Of a stretch of 45,401 nucleotides of DNA, positions 12,930-22,675 are shown piece after piece. The notes beneath the pieces were generated by a model. It made no database searches. It saw nothing but the letters and a program-made list of their open reading frames with translations, and had not been told where the DNA came from. The position numbers and the translations under genes are program-made. Location of the stretch: positions 56,345 to 101,745 of the forward strand of contig NMRA01000911.1 of assembly GCA_002633005.1 (NCBI GenBank), given 5' to 3'. Each line of letters starts with the position of its first letter. The stretch's first letter is position 1. The DNA comes from Phoronis australis. Taxonomy: Eukaryota > Animalia > Phoronida.

Positions 12930-13934
12930 CACCTGAACGGGTAAAAGTTATTTCTTCATTGCGTTCAAGTCGTAGCTCCGGCTGTTGAAACCCATCACGG
13001 ATAATAGCTTCAAATAGCAATCAATTTCTTTGACCATGTCATCCAAATAAATGTCGCTTTGGGGGTGTCATCTCCCTGTGTTTCGCCCTGGCTTCCTTAT
13101 TTTATCAGTCGCCGTATTTTGTCTAGGTTTCTTGGAGTTCTTCAAAAACCCATGCATATTTTTCACACAGAATTCCGTGAGCATAAGTGCTTATCTGACA
13201 CAGGTATTCCATCATGGCCCACACCAGTGCTGTAGGATCACCCGTCGACACAAAGCATATCGTTTTTTTAAATTGTTCTACGTTGCTACACACACTAATA
13301 CTCACTATTTCGTGTTTTTTCGTCCAGGTCAACTTTGGACAGCCAGGCGTTTCGTTAGTCTCAATAAACGTCTCTGTCGAATGCAGCTTGGTAGGGATAG
13401 TAGCGTTCGTCTTTTTCAATCAAAAAGCATTCGTTTTCTAATTTTTCAAAAACCGTTTTGGGTAACTGAAAAGCTTTTCCCGGAAATGTATGCTATGAAC
13501 CAACCTCACACGTCCTTTCATGTTGCAACTCACGTTTTCATGATGTTACGCAAACGCTGCATGCAAACGCCTTACTCTATTTTATTGATGTCGTGGATGT
13601 AAGAAACGAGGTTTTCTTATAGATTGAGGTACTTGGTGTCAGCGTAAGGACCGAATAGTCGGTAAACCAACGCAGCCGCAACTTCTCCGTCTTCATTTCC
13701 TCCTAGTTCCCGCACGTAAATTTTGAGATCAAACAAAGACTTAAAGTTGTACAAATTATCTAGGAAAATACATTGAAAATGATCTAGGGAAATCTTCTTG
13801 GCTCTTAAATACATGACTAGATAGTGCTTGGCAGGTTTTTCAAGGAAATTTCTTAGACGACCGCGATGCGCGGCAATGAGACAACGAAAAAAAAAACGGT
13901 TGTCACGGTGTTGGACATTCGATCCCGAACGCAT
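12930..13934 (-). pseudogene. Protein-primed family B DNA polymerase, N-terminal and exonuclease part
   Basis: DNRFFFRCLIAAH...YADTKYLNL*ENLVSYIHDI, QHERTC..HTFPGKAFQLPKTVFEKLE, KLTWTKKHEIVSISVCSNV..CFVSTGDPTALV..MMEYLCQIS, and ExoII-like VMGFNSRSYDLNAMK at about 12950-13000. Confidence 0.85.
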
Positions 13935-14235
13935 TAACCATAAACCGTACGTTCCTAAACCTACTCAAACAAAACGTCCGACGTAGGTCTATTGTCCGTT
14001 TTATACTCCAGCCAGTTCCCGCGAAGCCTTGACTTGTGATGAACTTCTGAGACACCTCCAGCAACTGTTACGCTCGTTGAATCAATAACCTGCTGTCTCT
14101 ATAACTGACTCTCTTTAGTGCACAAGTGACTGAGAACGCGCACTTTCCCTGACGAGACACAATTTGTCTACGTTCTCATAAACTAAAATAAACATTTTTC
14201 GTCAACTATTGCCATTTGTTCTCCGCCGTCCGAAT

Positions 14236-14570
14236 ATGAAAGATGTCAAGGCAAACGCACCGATACTATTGGAACGATAGCTTCGTCTAGTGTAGCCTAG
14301 ACTATCATTGAAAACGGAAATCGAGAGCTCATCTTATGCCTCTCGGAGATTGCACTCAACGTTCTAAGAGGGAACGTACCTCTAAGACCCCATCATAAAA
14401 CAAAACTCTGTAGGCACAAAACAGCTTTGAGAACCTTGGTCAAAAAAGACGATCATTAGGAGAAAGAAATAAATACTCCAGTGAAGTGGATTTTTGGCTG
14501 CCGTCCTCGCACCACTCTTCGGTGGTGTAGCCAGTACAGTTGTTTCGTCCTTGTTTGGAAAACATGAAGT
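14236..14570 (+). pseudogene. Small basic Polinton/adintovirus protein (GasderminX-type), frameshifted
   Basis: NRELILCLSEIALNVLRGNVPLRPHHKTKLCRHKTALRTLVKK followed by GFLAAVLAPLFGGVASTVVSSLFGK matches the recalled ExxxNxLxGNVPL...HKxxLR...GGFL pattern. Confidence 0.7.
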
Positions 14571-15072
14571 ACGCCAAAAATGGTTCTGGCCGACCCAAGA
14601 CTGCTACGTTCGTTTGCGATTCACAAACGTCCGTCCATTCTTGCTGTCAAACCAACGAGTGGACTCCACGGGGAGATGAAAGATGTGCTGGACCGGCCGG
14701 CAAGACATTGACAAAAAGAAGAAAAATAAGTTGTATAACCAAATCCTGTGACGATACGCGATCACTGATATACCTGTAGGTGATCATTCAACCTGTAAAC
14801 ATTCAAATTGACCAGGCCACGTCTCAGTCAGATGAAAATGTTGACCGACTTGTTTTGGAGACCATTCGTGCTCCCATGCGCCGCAAAGCAAGTTTGATTC
14901 ACAAAGTCCTCATATGTCTTGGGACAGCAAGGGTCAAGTGGTCATGGATGATCTCTTGAACGATGTTCTTCTTAAACCCAAATTTCCTGACGCCGTCGGG
15001 TGGCGGGTGTTTGCGGCCAGCTTGCTGGAGGCTAATGTGCTGCGCGAACTCTTAGGCAAAAAAGATCGATGA
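14564..15072 (+). pseudogene. Conserved Polinton ORF of unknown function upstream of integrase
   Basis: MKYAK/KMVLADPRLL, GEMKDVLD..KLYNQIL*RY, RRKASLI, SWDSKGQV, DLLNDVL..GWRVFAASLLEANVLRELLG, across frameshifts. Confidence 0.7.
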
Positions 15073-15083
15073 GTGAGAACAAA

Positions 15084-15580
15084 GTCGAGTTTCTTACCAC
15101 CTACAACGAAGAAGTTAAAGGTAAAATTTTGGAGTGTTTCAACAGAACGATAAATATTTTACAACCAACGATATACTGCAATCTCATCGTACAATCAGAG
15201 CTACCATCGCTTTATCAGAATCGCACCTGCTTTGGTCACTACTGATAATCAGAAACAAGTGTGGAAAACCCTTTTCGGTCAGGTCTCCATTTGCCGTCGC
15301 TCCCAAATGTGTGTATTGGGAAACCAAACAAGCCCTGAAAAGTCGTTTCAATTAACATCGTTGGCCCAGTTATGGGGACTTCTATGATTCTACGGTTTTC
15401 AGAGATATAGCCGCCACACACCACTCTTTCTCCCGGGATGATGTCACGATTCTGGATAGAGAGGAAAATTAGTTCAGGTGAGGTGTCAAGGAAGCAATTT
15501 ATGAAACAGTTGAGAATCCTAGCCTAAACAGGCAAGGGGGCATGAAGTTTCTGTTGTCAAGGAAGTGGTATAGGGCACTA
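15084..15580 (+). pseudogene. Polinton rve integrase, C-terminal half, with a possible chromodomain remnant
   Basis: FLTTYNEEVKGKILECFNRTI (KAxxVERFNRTL-like) and SYNQSYHRFIRIAPALVTTDNQKQVWKTLF. The N-terminal catalytic Asp residues are deleted. Confidence 0.8.
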
Positions 15581-15886
15581 AAGACTGTGCAACCTTCTAA
15601 AATTGTCTGCTCATTACGACGATTAAACTAACGAAAATATCGAAAGTACATTTATACGGAAACTAAGATGTCGGTGGACTACCGCGACTTCCGTTACGAC
15701 CGGGCAGCTGACAACCAACAATGATCGACATAATACCATTCGCTGATGAAAGAAAACTTGCCATGGTGTCAAATGCTGTAACATAATTATTAAGGAATTT
15801 AAATTAAAATGCGATGAATACAGTCATCCAGTTGAGTAATAATATGTAGAAAAATAAACCAATTACTGGATTTACGGTTTATTAAG

Positions 15887-15929
15887 TTGGCTACGTTGCG
15901 TCCTCTTCTCGAGGACTTCATCAGGCCAA
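15887..15929 (-). ncRNA. Minimal type I hammerhead ribozyme motif with one core mutation
   Basis: Minus strand reads ttggc-CTGATGA-a-GTCCTC-gagaa-GAGGAC-GCAA-cg-TA-gccaa: 5-bp stem I, perfect 6-bp stem II, GUA cleavage triplet. The conserved GAAA is GCAA. Confidence 0.75.
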
Positions 15930-16206
15930 TGAGGTGTCACATGACTCGTCATGGGATCCACAGCAAATAATGATATTTGCATACACGTTTTCAACAATAA
16001 ACGGCTAATTCGTCTGAAGCACCAACACTAAACGTCCTGGTAACTTGTGTGTCGCAAGGGGTTCAAACCTAAAAGCCTGTTTGATGCTTCAAAACTCAAT
16101 TCCTGTCAAGTCGTCAGCAGAGACAAAATTGTCCTCGCACGTGGTCCCTCGTCAGCGAGCTACTGTATTCCGAGCTGCATAAATTATTTGCTTAAGACCG
16201 GGCGTG

Positions 16207-16347
16207 CGTTCAGTAGACGCTAGGACCTACGCTATGACCTAGCTAAAGTCTAGTCAAGGTCACGTGTTTACATTTAAAATACACGGCAATATCTCACGTA
16301 ATATCGCGAAGTCTTGCTTTTTAGCGAGGTCCTAGCGTTACTGAACG
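16207..16347. mobile_element. Short MITE (Harbinger-like) with about 27-bp imperfect TIRs
   Basis: cgttcagtagacgctaggacctacgcta versus tagcgaggtcctagcgttactgaacg. Confidence 0.7.
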
Positions 16348-16423
16348 GGAGACGGCATTTAGGCGCACCTTCAGAATTAGAGGTACCTGTATGCCTCCAA
16401 TTGCCGGGTTTTACGGCAACGCC

Positions 16424-16463
16424 GTAGTAGTAGTAGTAGTGGTAGTGGTAGTGGTAGTGGTAG
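16424..16463. repeat. (GTA)n/(GTGGTA)n microsatellite
   Basis: Directly visible. Confidence 0.95.
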
Positions 16464-16739
16464 CCTATTTTTATAATTAATCGCACCTCGCGACTGCTTT
16501 ACCAACACCTCAGATAAAAAGTGGTGCTAAGGTGAGCTCTAGGCCACCTTAACTTAAGTTACAACGCCATTTCCATGCAAAACACTATGGTGGCGCTAAG
16601 GTGGTTTGGAGTTACAGGATTTGTGTGTATTGTGAATGAGAAACTTAAGGTGACCTTAAAATAACGTGACCTGAAGTTAGTCCCCCAGCTCTTTGGTGCT
16701 ATCGTTCGTTTTTTGAAGTTAGCGAGAAATAAATGTTCA

Positions 16740-17150
16740 ACGTCTATAAAAATACATAAATTTCACGGTAACGTACAGTAAGTTGGTCATGAAGCCATTC
16801 TCGAGTTTTTCTCCGCAATGAATACAAGAATCTACCATTATTCTTTCGCAGTTTCCAAATCATGACAGTCAACTCTAATGCGACTAACCTTTTTATATTT
16901 ATAGTATAGCAATAAAGTGACAGGTAGGCACATACGCATGTCCTCACCTATCGTTGGGACATAAATCCATTTCACAAAAGCATCTATATCTTTGACAAAA
17001 CAAATAGGCCTACACTTAGAATCCAAAAATTCCTCCTGCACACACACTTTTCTCAATACAATTACCCTCATCTCTGATATTCCCAAAGCTGCTATTCGAA
17101 ACCCATCTTAAACAGAAATTCGAAAACCGAAGTCAGGCTTTTAAACAGTG
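16740..17150 (-). mobile_element. Possible very old L1/Tx1 C-terminal fragment
   Basis: DSKCRPICFVKDIDAFVKW and MIWKLRK..WLHDQLTVRYRE loosely resemble the zf-RVT and IWKxRN tail. Key His/Cys residues are lost. Confidence 0.35.
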
Positions 17151-18287
17151 CGTCAAGAGTTAATTAAACCATTTAGTAATGAAGAAACGATACTCTTGTG
17201 AAAGCTTTGACGTAACAATGCAATTTACTACCTTGAGCGACTCCTCGGAAAAAATAACGAACGTGAGTTGTGTGATCTCGGGCAGTGATGTACTAATTAT
17301 TTGAAAGCTATACTTTTTTAGAACAGATCAACATACATGGCCTCTTAAAAGATGTTAGAAACTACTTTCCCATTCAATTCCCTGAAAACAAAATGCATTG
17401 TAACCCCTGACATCCCTTAAAAGTTTAGAGGAAATTTTGAAAGCATTTTTCGAAGTCTGCTAAACGGGCAAGCATGACCTACGCTTTTAGCAAATAACGT
17501 GGGTAAAGACTAGCCACTAAGAACTATAGTTTCCAATCTGTGCGATACGGAATACGAGGTTTTAGTTGATTCCTGCTTTTATTTTTCAAAATTGACACCA
17601 ATGATGCACTAGCAGGTGACACTACGACGATTGGTTGAAATCATAAAAGCAGGGTTTACTGTCATTTTAACGACTAGGAAAGTTACAATACAGTGAAAAA
17701 ACAACATGGCAAATTTGACACATGTGTATCATTTATTTCAGATATCACGAAAGTTTCACGGGTAGTCCTGTTAAAATGAATGTTCAAGGAACCAGTAATT
17801 TGTAGTCACGTGGTGTCTACAGTGGCTGAATGTTTGAGGCCATCAAGCAATATCAATGAGGCTTACTACAGCTCTCTCCATTGTTTCTGAAACTGCGGGA
17901 AGTCCGATTTTGGCTAATAAAATGGAGTGTTACGTCCTCGAGTGTAATTGAAACCAAAGCCAAATTTGTTACAAAGCAGAGAGTAATTTGATGTACGGTA
18001 TTTGTTTTGCTTGGCTCGTGTATAATGAATGTTTCTTTTCAAATCAAACTTGGGGGGTTATTGAAACAGCATTTTTTTCAATAGGCAAGAATGTGCTTAT
18101 GAGTTGTGGACAACCGTCAATGGAAAACTATTGACTTTTCTCAGAAATGCACAAATGTCAAATGTTCAGTAATGATTGAACAGATGTGCATGTTTGCATT
18201 GTTGTATTTACCAAAGCACGGAGCATGATAATGAAGTTCCTTAAAATTGGTTTCACATCAAACATTTTGGTCTAATCATAGATCAAT

Positions 18288-18860
18288 CCCTTTTAATAGC
18301 TACGTTGGGCCGACGTCGCCATTCGTTGGCTCGAGGTCGATTGGTCGCGGTCGGTTTTTTGACTTTGGTCCGACGTTGGTCGGCGGTCTACGAGATACTG
18401 CTTTAAAAAGCCTGCTTTGCACTTCCAAGTAAATTTTACGCTTGCGATATTGTTTTTTATAGTTACAGTGTGTTAGTCAACATATTTGTCCTACTTTGAG
18501 TATTGTTCAGTCTTGACGTCGGACCAACGCTGGCTCAGCGTCGGGTACGTTTGACGTTGGGCCGACGCGAGTGCGACGCGGTGCGAGAAATCATATGTGG
18601 TGCTGAGTCCGACGTCGGTCCAACGTCGTGTTGTTGTCAAAAGTGTAGGTCCATTTAACTATAGCGTCAAATTAAAAAAGGAAAATTAAAAATACGTCTG
18701 TGATTCTGAAAAATATTTACTGCCGTGCATAAGTCAGCCTATTTGTCCTTCTTTGAGTATTGTTCAGTTTTGACGTCGAACCAACGCTGGCTCAGCGTCG
18801 GGCACGTTTGACGTTGTGCCGACGCGGGTGCGACGCCGGGTGCGAGAAATTTCAGGACGC
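18288..18860. repeat. Array of GACGTC/CCAACG-type short palindromic motifs with an about 108-bp direct repeat (18483-18590 and 18739-18851); EnSpm-like subterminal region
   Basis: tatttgtcct.ctttgagtattgttcagt.ttgacgtcg.accaacgctggctcagcgtcggg...gtgcgagaaat occurs twice. The array starts after CCC at 18288. The family call is inference. Confidence 0.65.
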
Positions 18861-21416
18861 TCACGGTTCGTACGCTCAACGGTGCTATTCTGTCTTCAGG
18901 TCGCTTTAGCGACGCACCATTTATGGTCGCCACACTTGAAAGGAGCCTGACTAATATGCAATTTCTCTTTCTCCCCGACAGGGTCACTAACTATCCCAGC
19001 CCTACAACCTTCTCAAATTGTACTCATTCTGGTACTAGAAAGGTAGTTACGAGATCCCACGTGACCAGAGTTCCGGCGATTCATCACAGTCAACATCCCA
19101 TCGAAAGAGACGCGAAGTCTTCAAAGATCTAGGAAACTAAAAGGTAACCCAGCAGACAAGTTTCAACTATTAATACCATCGGTTAAGGTTGTTGAAATTC
19201 AAGTTTATAGCCAAATTTGGGTAATCAATCATCTGTCTCATTATCCTGGATATTAACATGTTCAGGCCTCCAGGCAGCTGTTTCACACTTACACTTACCT
19301 ACAATATTTTTACTTTGATACCATGCTGAACAATATGTGATTTCACAATATTGTTTTCCAGGATTTAATATCTGTTTGGCAGGATAGCTACTGAACAAAA
19401 ATACCAGTTATGACATGAAAAACTTTTATGTTGTTAATTAAGACACTTATTTAATTAATGACCAATTATTTAAACTTTTTAAGTGCAACAAAAATTCTTC
19501 TTCCAAAAGACAGTTTAGTAACTCTGGACACCATATCCACAACTTAAGACGCAATTTTTCCAGGGGTTTGCAAATGAGACGGGGGTGTTTGGACCCGAGG
19601 GAAGAGAAGACCCAAAATGAACTTGTATAAAAGAGGAAATATAATTTTGATTACTGCTATACACAAAATACAACTTAAGAGCACGTCCAAGAATGAACCA
19701 GACAAAAAGTCAATAGCGTCTCTTTGTACAACGATTTCCTTCGAAATTTGGCTCTTATTTATATACGGATACGTGGTATTTATTTAATAATTAGTAGAAC
19801 TATGTTAAGTTGTTGTTTTTACTAAGTGTGGAATCGGTTGCTGTAAATACAATAGCACTTACTGGTGTTTAGTATTCATTAGCAGGCCCCGCCAGACTTG
19901 ATTTCCTAGTCAATCGACGAAAGTTGCGATTGCATTTGAAATTCTTGCTAGTTTGATAGTGTATTAAGCAATTTCTAGTATTCACTCTTTCAATTGGCTA
20001 TTATTTCAAGAACTCGGTCGTGTACGATGATTCCTTCATAAGTCGACGTAGCACGGGCTTAACAAAAGCTAGCCTTGGTACGAAGCCAGCTGGCTAAACA
20101 AAAGCCAACGGTTCATTCAAGGTGACGTTTTGATATACGCCTTCTGGATAATGGAGTAGAATTTTTGACAATATTCAGTACAAAATTGGCAAAACAATAA
20201 AATTGCTAAAGGGGAGGGGGGCATATTTTGCCAATTAGATTTGTTGACACAACGTGAGCAAAATAAAAATATTTCTTTACAAAAATACCCAACATCAAGG
20301 AACGTGTATCACAACTACACACTTCAGTGCAAGTTGTCAAATGTAGAACATTCACTTTCTATGCAGAAGATTCAGTTGCAAAAGTTATGAAATCTACAGA
20401 CAATTTTGAAAAAGCCGCGAGTTTGAAAAAGTGGTTTGTTAAAAAGTAATCATTGTATAAGACATATGCAGAACCCCCAAAAAATCGCATCAGAGTTTAC
20501 TCTTAGTAAGACACTGGAGTACCCACAACAGGAATCGTCAACGTCAATTCAAAGCTGCACACCACCAAGAAAAAGGTACTCTCGACTTCAATTTTACACC
20601 TCAATTCAATTAATAGTCACTATTGCACATAAACAGAAACTCCATAACATTATTTCTGTCAATGAAATTACCCCATCTCACATCAGATTAAAATTTTCTA
20701 TCATCCCTTTTTGTTTGCCAGTTTCACTGGGCAGAAATTAATCGTACATGCCGACCATTATGAGTCTGTAAGATCAGTAATGGGCAATAATTTGTAATAA
20801 AATGAATGCTGAAAAGATCTCTTAATATTAGCATCGAACAAACATGATGGTGTGTTTATTTTGCAATAACTCTCACTACATTATTAAAATGGAGTTACAA
20901 AGGAAAAATTCAAAGTATCTTAGAATTGTGACAACAGAACAGAAACAATAAGTTTCCTCACATGTTAAATGGTCTATGATGACCTTCATACTATGAAACA
21001 TGGTCCAGTTACGTATATCATTGTTTTACTGGTGGATTGTTTGTCAAGTAGTCATTATGTCCTTAATAGAACAACGTCTAACTCTGGACAGAGCGTGCGA
21101 TTTTATGAAAATAGGTCATTAAACTGCAAGAATCTAAAGTCAACGAGTGCATCTTTCAAATAATAAATAAAAAAATCGTTTACATGCAAAAGAACTCGAA
21201 TGTCTATTAGTATAATATTATGATCTTCAAGTACTGATAACATACATAACTAACTTCTAAAACCATACTTTCAACCGTAAATTAGATGAACACAGGAATA
21301 CCTAAGAGTTACACCATCATGAACTACTACATAATTTACACATAACATCTTATCTAGAAAGGCAACAGCTAGGTGCAATAACTTCACATAAAGCTGAAAC
21401 AAAATTTCTATTTTTC

Positions 21417-22073
21417 ATGGAAACAGAGGCTCCACTAATCCGTCAAATAATTTTGGAGAAAGTTTATCCAAGTTTGGCAGAGTCTGATAGAGTTCTCTTG
21501 AGGTCTGCTCAATGTTGCATTGAAGACTATATGTACTGAGCGAAACAAAAATTGGATCAAAAAAAAAACTAAACCAAATCATTTCCAACACAGAGGAAGT
21601 GTAAATGAAAGGCACACAGATGTAAATCAATCAAAAGCCCATTCCACAAAATAACCTTATTTTGTGTCATCCACCAACAGTAAAGAATAAACGAGTCTAA
21701 TATTATGTAACAAGGCTTTTCAAGGCAATGGTAAACTAGGCAGAAAATGCACCAATATTGTTTCCGACTGGACGTGTTCAAGAGTGGCACACCCTAAATT
21801 GTGTCAAATCACTTCACTCGTATTACCAGCAGTTTACACCTTTCAGCATTTATAGAAAACCATAAAACTCTCAGAAAGACATCGAATCTTTCAAGGGTTC
21901 AGCAACAGAAGTAAGCCACTGTGATGAGACTAAGCATTGCAACTGGAATATATTTCAATAGGTTTGAGTCTCAATCAAGAGCTTGGAAATACAAAGGCAT
22001 AGGTGACCACCAATTTCAATTCTCAGTTTACTACAAACATCACAATGCCTACCCACACCCTCAACCTCGGTAA
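21417..22073 (+). pseudogene. Decayed ORF of about 220 codons, unknown function, convergent with the Sola3-like transposase
   Basis: METEAPLIRQIILEKVYPSLAESDRVLLRSAQCCIEDYMY*...NAPILFPTGRVQEWHTLNCVKSLHSYYQQFTPFSIYRKP*...MRLSIATGIYFNRFESQSRAWKYKGIGDHQFQFSVYYKHHNAYPHPQPR*. Needs two frameshifts and several stop read-throughs. Confidence 0.45.
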
Positions 22074-22117
22074 CCACCCGCTGATGAAGGGGTGAACACA
22101 CCCCTTAAAAATCTATT

Positions 22118-22675
22118 CTAGACATCAGCATGGTAAGAGCACATCTCTAAGTAACCTGTAACAATATTCAAAAATTCAGATTTACGCTTACATAGCTTAA
22201 TGTCTATGTTCAGCAGCTTAGAAATTTATTTCAAATTCACAACTTTCAGATTGCCCAACTTTTTGTCCCTCACCATCTCACACAAGCTTTCTCCTCCATA
22301 CATAATCGGGTGCATTGCCCCTACTTCACGAAATATTGCGTCCCTAATTTCCTCCTCCCAGATACGTCGACCATTTGCAACATCATCTTCGTTTTCATCT
22401 TCAAAAACTGCTTTTAGTTTTATTTGAAGTGCAAGTCGCGAAAAAAAGCTTGATATCTGTACGCCACTCATTGGAAGGAAACTTCGATCTGATGGGCTGA
22501 ACAGACTGCCCTGGGTCTGCTTTTTGGCCACTTTTCTCGCCATTGTTAAATATATTTGTTAGGAAATCCCCCACACTTTCGGACATTCTTGTAGCTTTTT
22601 TGACCGATTTCAATGCCCAAACTTCCTCTAATGTTGAAAGTCTAAATACTTCCTCCGCCATTTCCTTGTAATCAT
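22118..22675 (-). pseudogene. Sola3-like transposase C-terminal exon
   Basis: Acceptor ttttcag| then LEEVWALKSVKKATRMSESVGDFLTNIFNNGEKSGQKADPGQ..QISSFFSRLA..HPIMYGGESLCEMVRDKKLGNLKVVNLK*ISKLLNIDI..KRKSEF..LEMCSY, i.e. the GWALK / KADP / QIxSFFSRL / HPI motifs. Confidence 0.75.

Larger units (their letters stand above)
12930..15600. mobile_element. Decayed Polinton/Maverick (adintovirus-like) internal fragment
   Basis: Four family-typical ORF remnants: pPolB on minus, diverging from a GasderminX-type ORF, a conserved ORF and an integrase on plus. No TIR or capsid gene recognised. Confidence 0.85.

Noticed and set aside
13051-13602. 183-aa ORF on the plus strand, one of the longest in the track
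   Set aside because: Antisense shadow of the pPolB remnant; no recognisable motifs.
16040-16075. B-box-like GGTTCAAACC suggesting a tRNA or SINE
   Set aside because: No properly spaced A box or cloverleaf. A-box-like words at about 2845, 17822 and 37365 also lack B boxes.
16838-17086. Possible TIR (Toll/IL-1R) domain
   Set aside because: No box 1 or RDxxPG motif; a decayed LINE C-terminus fits slightly better.
22081-22110. CTGATGA plus hairpin as a third hammerhead
   Set aside because: The stem is followed by TTAAAA rather than GAAA, and there is no stem I or cleavage triplet. Kept only as a plain hairpin.
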